Of a DNA stretch of 64,000 nt, positions 57,716 through 64,000 are shown one piece after another. The notes under the pieces are model-generated. The model was given only the letters and a program-made list of their open reading frames with translations. It did not search any database and was not told the origin of the DNA. This DNA comes from Catajapyx aquilonaris (lineage: Eukaryota). The DNA is taken from assembly GCA_000934665.2 (NCBI GenBank), contig JYFJ02000264.1, forward strand, positions 62,001 through 126,000, read 5' to 3'. Position 1 is the first letter of the stretch, and every line of letters starts with the position of its first letter. The translations under genes were made by a program, and so were the position numbers.

Positions 57716-57965
57716 GACTAACCAGCCGGAATTGCCTAGCAATGAAATTGGCAGCTGTATAATCATACAAGTACGTCATGACAAGTCGGACAGACTGTCA
57801 GCAAGCAACGATATAATAACTACTGCGACTGGAATGCATCGAATGAGTCTTCGCAATATCTAGGATATCATGAAGCCAATGCAGCAACGTTCTGCGTGTC
57901 AGAAATTCAATGTTATTTCTAAGATGATTCAGGAATGATTCAGAAGAACTTTTGAAATGACACTT

Positions 57966-58730
57966 TTACTTCAGAACGGGATACAAACAGTGTCGACAAT
58001 AATAAGTGGTATTGTAATTTGGCGGGGTTTTAGCCTGGGTGATATCGAAGCACTTGATGCATATTTTGGGGTTACTTTCAACATGAGCGTTTCGGCACAG
58101 GCAGGTTTGGCCATGACTGGATTCGTTGGGCTTCATCTTGGACTTCAAGCATTCGCAGCTGAAGCAATCGTATCCAGTTACAGACTGGACCGAAGTGGCC
58201 TCAGGGCACCAGTCATGAGGAAGGTGTCTGTCTACTCTACGTGCTACACACACCATTTCCTGCGTGTAATGAATAACAAAGAGTGGCATGTAGTGTACCA
58301 GAAGCCAAAACAATACAGTTTTGACTGAAGGGCATATTGCATCACCTGATCTGAAGGGCATTTTATCATTAGTATCCATTTGATGTAAGTAATCACAGTT
58401 CCTGATGGATGAGCTGGCCTGCATTTAAAGAGGTACTGCGACACTGCCACTGCGGAACATTAATTACACCTGTCACATCGCATGTCTTAAAAGTAAGCAT
58501 TAATACTTTGTGTCGACTTACCAGTAGTTGAATCAGGTAATGCGGGTCTTATGAAGCATGGAATAAAGCACCCGTATACCCATAAAGCAACTAAAGCTCC
58601 CAGGATGGTGATAATTGCTACCTTCGCGCTTGAAAATTCTGAAGCAAATAGATTTCATTACTGCCTCACTGTAGAGAATGTTAAAAATTAGATTACTGAC
58701 ACTACTCTTACCAGTCAAAAGGCCTGCCAT
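57966..58730 (-). CDS. orphan Cys-rich secreted or signal-anchored protein, 4 exons, 177 aa
   Basis: Exons 58730-58712, 58638-58522, 58449-58346, 58259-57966 (534 nt) joined by 73, 72 and 86 nt GT-AG introns in consistent phase; MAGLLTEFSSAKVAIITILGALVALWVYGC hydrophobic N-terminus; 15 Cys including CxxCxC, CxC and two CxxC. Confidence 0.62.
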
Positions 58731-60387
58731 TCGGAATTCCAAGCATGCAAGGTGCGAGTGATAAGTAAAGAACAGGTGATCGCCGTTGTCACGGTGACCA
58801 GTTTACATCCTCATAAACAATATCGGACCAATAAAATAAAATATGGAGGGTTGAAAGTTTCAGTAGTCCAAATCCAGATTTCTCGATTAAAAATTAAGCA
58901 GGGGCCTTTGTGTCTTGCTTTGTGTAAGAAGACAAGGCTGGTATCCTGAACATTACTTCTGCTATCAGCGCTCATAATTTAATAAAAATATACTGGGTGA
59001 CCAGGTTAGAGTCTCTAGGTTAGAGAGCCTTGAAGACCAGATAATATGTATTGTTATGGTTGCTAGGTTGCGTACAGTACAATGTGCATACGCTTTACAG
59101 AGTGGACTACGCCTCTCTGAATGTGTATTTTCAGCATTCCAAAAGTTACGTCGGAAATTTATTGCAAATCTGACTGCAAAATTCTGATAAAATTGTGTTT
59201 GAATCAATTTTGTCTATACAACATTAGATTCCACCAGAAAGCAGCGGGAAACACCTTAGTAACACAGTATACAAACAAGATGATATTGATTTCTTTATTT
59301 CTTTCCGTTGCGAGTACATTTTTACAAGAAACACTACACGGTTTATTTATGCTTAACAGTTTCCATACATTTTGTGTATGCATGTACATAAACACTTCTA
59401 TGTATTGTGCCAAAATAATACCGCATATAATATATTTTTTTAAATCGCAAAATTGTATTTGACTTTGTACCTTTGGGTAAACTGACCAACAACAACAACT
59501 CAACACGAGCCATCAGAGCCAGATACCGCATAATGATATACTGTATACTGACATGGTTTAAATCGAGAAAATAAAATTAATGTAATAGAGAATAAACAAG
59601 TAGCTTATACATTATTATTCATAAATTAAAATAGTCAGCAAAATGGTGGAAGAGAAATTCTATTTACATCCGCGTCATGGGACTAGTTTTTATAGTGCAG
59701 TATTTTACAAACATACAACATGCCCCTGCAGTAATAATAATTGATTTATTCCAAAGTCATTACTTTCAAAGAGGCCAGTGTTAACCAAAACAAGCAAAAT
59801 TTTATTTGAACTTCTTGATTGCGTTGGTGTAAGCTCATTTTACGTAACAACAAATATTCCAACCATTTCAAACACTTTAAATACAGCTCACAAGAAAATA
59901 TATTGCACGCTAATTCATAAACGACACCAGGACGAGCGACACATTTTCTTACAAAAAAGTGGTCCACGATGAAGGAGACCCAAGTCAATCAGCTAAGCTT
60001 AAAACATGGCAAGGAAATTGGTGACATCTAAAAATAAGTAAGTTACATACCAAACCATAGAATAACTTAATATTGTGTACACAGTAAAATGCAGCGACAT
60101 GCTTTCAAACAACACGTATCTCTAGGTTGTAGAGAGTTGATATACGTGATAGAAAATAATATTCTTTGCCGAAAGCTGCCACATGATGCCATTTTCCAGC
60201 AGTGTCAAATGTAATGTGCGAGTAGGTTGTGACAACCTTTCTTTCCATTTCACTAACCACTGTATCAGAAGTGAGATAGTTTCAACTGCCTTTGTACAAA
60301 TGTGCGTATCGGGCACAGTGTTACGTAACTTTAATTCATTAATAGTTAAAATATATGTCTATTGAAACAAAAAGTGGTGCCCATTTT

Positions 60388-62355
60388 TCACGGAGACTGA
60401 TTCAATTTTCGTTTCTTCTTCGTGCACCTTCGAATTTTGAGCTCCAAAATCAAAGTCAAGGCAGATATTGTGATTCCTGTCAACCATACCTGAAACATGC
60501 CCTTAAGTTTTGTCACAGTAAGGATCAGGTCTTTGCGGATGTCACGATAATTTTCATTGCGAATTTCTTCCAAATTGGCAATAAAATTAGTGAAGAACTC
60601 ATCCCCCAGGAATTTGTCAATTAAGCCGCTTTCGAATAGAATGAAGACCCATTTGTACAACTGCATGTTCATAGGATCTCCTCGAGATGCCGCAGCAGAA
60701 TAATAAGACTGCAATACCGCCTCTTCGTTAAACCTGACTATGCAATTACCTTCATCGTCAATAAAGTGATATAGCTCCCTTATGAGCAATAAGTCGACTC
60801 CAACGCAAGCAAAATCTTCTGTCAAGGTTTTTCGTATGCAATCAGCTCGCTTTTGAAACATGACTGGATTCTCCATAATTGTAATCAGGTGTTTGATGCC
60901 CGATAGAGTAGCGCAATTTCTAATCAGAACAAATTCTAGCATACTAAGTCCCCACCTAAAAGTAGAGAACAGTAACTCATAAAATGTTTCAGGCAGAGGT
61001 TCACGAGGAGGCCAAGTGAGATACGCCACCAGCTTGGCTTTGTAACCACAAACTATTACAATAGAGAGAAAAAGTAAAACAGAGCCTAATGCGCGAAAGA
61101 CCGAAACCCTAGGCACTGTCTTGGGTTGTTCAATCAAATCTCGCAAAATGTAAGCAATTGCAAATTTGAATGATATGTGATGTTTGATCTTACCCAAGAC
61201 GTAGAAGGCAAAAGCAGCTGTAAATATGTAAGTAAGAAGAACCAACCAAACGGTGGTCTCATAAGGTCTAAATATGACCAGCCAAGTAATAACCCCGCGA
61301 GGCATTCGCGTGAGAAATTTCTTCTGGGTATAAATTACCGGCGGAGTGAGGAATATGGCTCTACTTATCTCAGGGGTAAACCCCATTAGCATAATTATGT
61401 CTGCCTTTTCCCTTTGTACCTCACCAATCATACCGTCCCAGGTTCCGTTTGGGTGTTGAAATTCGATCTCTGCACGTGTGATTTCTTTCAAGTAGAAGTC
61501 AAGCTTGCAATCGCCCAGTTCTTCAAGTAACATCAGTGTTCTCTCGAAAGGGGTCAGGTAGTTTCCACCGTACTTCTTTTTCCTGTCTCTTGCACCGTCG
61601 ATGTCAATTTCTTCGTAAAACACGACCATCCAGATCTTTCCGTTCAGCCTCACAGGTCTATTTCCATAATAAGTTTCAAAATGATGCCTCCGATTCGGGT
61701 CAAAGTAGCCTGTTTGCAAAACGCCATGATGACCTCCACGTATGCAGTAGGGACAGATAGTCATCATCTGAAGGCTTTGGGTTTCTGGGTACATGCGAGT
61801 GACCATCTGGAACCTGATTGAATAGGCTGGAGCACCTGTCAGTACCGGATCTAACGGCTCAAGTCCAGGTCGGAAGTGGAACAGGAATCTGTCATGAAAT
61901 GGTCGAAGTCGTACTGAAGCCAAGGTGTTGATTACTAACTGTGGGAACTTAGTAGTGGATGATGCAATCATCAGGTGAAAATTGCAAAATGTTCCTCCAG
62001 GCCACACTCTTGACTGCAGTTCCGGAGGGATGCTTCTGAAATCCATGAGCTCTTTCTCATTTACCAACCAGCTGTAGTCGTAGTAAGAATGAGTGAACTC
62101 TGTCTTCTTGAGTGTCATAAGAGCCAGGTACAGTTGTGACTGGCGAATCATGATGTCCTGCATAGAGGCACTGAATTTGGGTTCGTCCGTTGAAACAACT
62201 AGGGCACAATCGCGTCCATACTTTGAGTTGAACACTTCGAGCACGAGTTGATGCAAAAGGCTGTCTTCCAAAGACACATTCGTTAGCGTCAAAGGGTAAT
62301 TTGCATATACAGCAGCAGAGCACAGAAAGGCAAAGAGAAGTGGGAAGTGCGTCAT
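60388..62355 (-). CDS. divergent ionotropic receptor (IR, iGluR-related chemoreceptor), intronless, 655 aa
   Basis: Signal peptide MTHFPLLFAFLCSAAVYA; S1 PNGTWDGMIGEVQREKADI; M1 FRPYETTVWLVLL; pore segment LIEQP; YKAKLVAYLT equivalent to SYTANLAAFLT; ESGLI and LKGMF before the last TM helix. Confidence 0.92.
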   Translation of the reverse strand: MTHFPLLFAFLCSAAVYANYPLTLTNVSLEDSLLHQLVLEVFNSKYGRDCALVVSTDEPKFSASMQDIMIRQSQLYLALMTLKKTEFTHSYYDYSWLVNEKELMDFRSIPPELQSRVWPGGTFCNFHLMIASSTTKFPQLVINTLASVRLRPFHDRFLFHFRPGLEPLDPVLTGAPAYSIRFQMVTRMYPETQSLQMMTICPYCIRGGHHGVLQTGYFDPNRRHHFETYYGNRPVRLNGKIWMVVFYEEIDIDGARDRKKKYGGNYLTPFERTLMLLEELGDCKLDFYLKEITRAEIEFQHPNGTWDGMIGEVQREKADIIMLMGFTPEISRAIFLTPPVIYTQKKFLTRMPRGVITWLVIFRPYETTVWLVLLTYIFTAAFAFYVLGKIKHHISFKFAIAYILRDLIEQPKTVPRVSVFRALGSVLLFLSIVIVCGYKAKLVAYLTWPPREPLPETFYELLFSTFRWGLSMLEFVLIRNCATLSGIKHLITIMENPVMFQKRADCIRKTLTEDFACVGVDLLLIRELYHFIDDEGNCIVRFNEEAVLQSYYSAAASRGDPMNMQLYKWVFILFESGLIDKFLGDEFFTNFIANLEEIRNENYRDIRKDLILTVTKLKGMFQVWLTGITISALTLILELKIRRCTKKKRKLNQSP

Positions 62356-64000
62356 GGTATGACTTCTTCTGTTGCTTTTTCGAACCTGATTGCCTTCTAT
62401 GTATAAGCTTATACTTTCAGCATGTCAGACACAGTAAGAAGTGGTACAAATATTGCTAAGTAGAGGTTAATATGTTGACACAAGGTTTGATGTAAGCCCG
62501 ATAGTGACAATGTGGAAATGTAATACCTTGTGCAATATTTATTATCTATATTTAGTAATTCATGCCTGATATATCTGGCATCAAGAGCAATTTTGCTTTG
62601 TCAACAGTATGTATTTTTAATGCTTCACTTACCAAAATGAAAAGTGACGTGAAAGACATCTTACTTGATCCTGAGAAAATGTATCCACTTTACACTGCTG
62701 TAGACCAGTTCCATTTTGCCAATAAGTTATGCATTTACAGTAATATAACTTGTATATTGTAATCGCTTCTCAACATTACATTAATGAGCTGTCAACTAAT
62801 ACAATTCTTGCAAAAATTGTATTGCATAAATTATTGTAAAATACGTGTCGATCGTGGTAGATAGTAAATCATGGACCACATGCTAATCTGTTTGTTTCCT
62901 GCTGTTCCTCACTTGGGCTACGTAATTACTGTAAACATTATTGGCATTCTGCCAACGAGTCTATACTACGCAGTTCACTTCCGAAAGCAAAACAATACGA
63001 TCTTAATTTTCTTGACGCCAGCAATTTGCCAGCAGAGCAAATGGACGACTGACTCTAAAATATTCATGTTATACAGAATGGTGGAGTATACTAATCTGGG
63101 AGAATTGGACAATCGTTTCTAGCAGGCTAATAACCGGCCCAAAGGAACTGTTTCGCATTCATGACGTTAATAATTTACATCGCGCACAAATACCACAAAG
63201 CATATACCTGGGAAAAGGCAAGGGAAATAGGTATAGCAAGTGTATTCGCGTAAGTTGGTTTACATCATCATTGGTCTTAATGAAAGGGCCATTTTTTAAT
63301 ACTTTTAGTACCGTCGTCAGATGTGTCAGAACACACTATAGTAGGCTATAAAATATATATGAAAACTGCTTTTCCTTAATATATTTCACCATTTTATAGG
63401 AATATCATACACAGAAAACGATTTGACATGAAAATGTGTATTTTTTTTGCCGAAACGTGTCATCGAAAATACCACACGGTTGTGTGAGTGAATTGAAGTA
63501 GGCTACACATAATATTCTGCCTCATAAAATATATGTACGTAGACTACTACATGTGCCATTCTTCTAACCTTCCTCAAATGTGTCATGTAAAAAAAAAACC
63601 ATTTTGGCGTGTTAAAAAAACAACACATGGCACACTGTTTTGGGCCAATTTACACAAAACTCAATGGCAAGATTGGCTGACACGGTTTTATGTGACATAT
63701 ATGACATTTAGTTATGTCGAAAGTGTGTCTCAGTTTTTTGTGTAGTCATGCGTACTACATTACCAAAACAGTGCCACGCTGTATGGCACTCACTCCGCTA
63801 TCTTGATATCCAAGCAACTTATTTTACCGGCGAGAGAAAATATTAGAACGAATCCAAGACAAGGGGCCTCTGTAGAATAAAACTATTGCTTCTCTGTAGC
63901 TCTGAAACCTAGAAACGTAAACCTGTCAGTGTTTCGCTTTGAGGTTTGAGTAGGAAACAAAGAATCTTTTGCAACCCCTAACATTACCACAGTTACATTA

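Noticed and set aside
57957..58328. Plus-strand 123-aa ORF
   Set aside because: Antisense shadow of the last exon of the Cys-rich gene, which has consistent splice signals
58930..60040. Further minus-strand exon-like segments (MRYLALMARVELLLLVSLPK etc.)
   Set aside because: Joined frames hit stops quickly; may be UTR exons, not supportable as a CDS

Overview
Eukaryotic (protostome, most likely arthropod-type) genomic DNA with spliceosomal introns; no CRISPR, rRNA or prokaryotic features. The first ~27 kb is gene-poor and repeat-rich: it holds two N-lobe exons of a HUNK/MARK-type (CAMK group) Ser/Thr kinase followed by a 16.4-kb intron that contains a tRNA-derived SINE, a candidate nested 10-Cys secreted peptide gene and a GC-rich candidate alternative exon. 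The remainder is compact: the 3' part of the kinase (to 30810, with two possible 3' ends), TRAPPC8 (8 exons, 1230 aa), an aquaporin (4 coding exons, 314 aa), then an 18-kb minus-strand block made of six tandem, apparently intact 6-exon class A GPCR paralogues (Tre1/Moody-like, but without canonical DRY, CWxP and NPxxY motifs), an orphan 4-exon Cys-rich secreted/anchored protein not visible as one ORF, and an intronless divergent ionotropic receptor. All gene models were built by eye from splice sites and reading phase; no database search was run.
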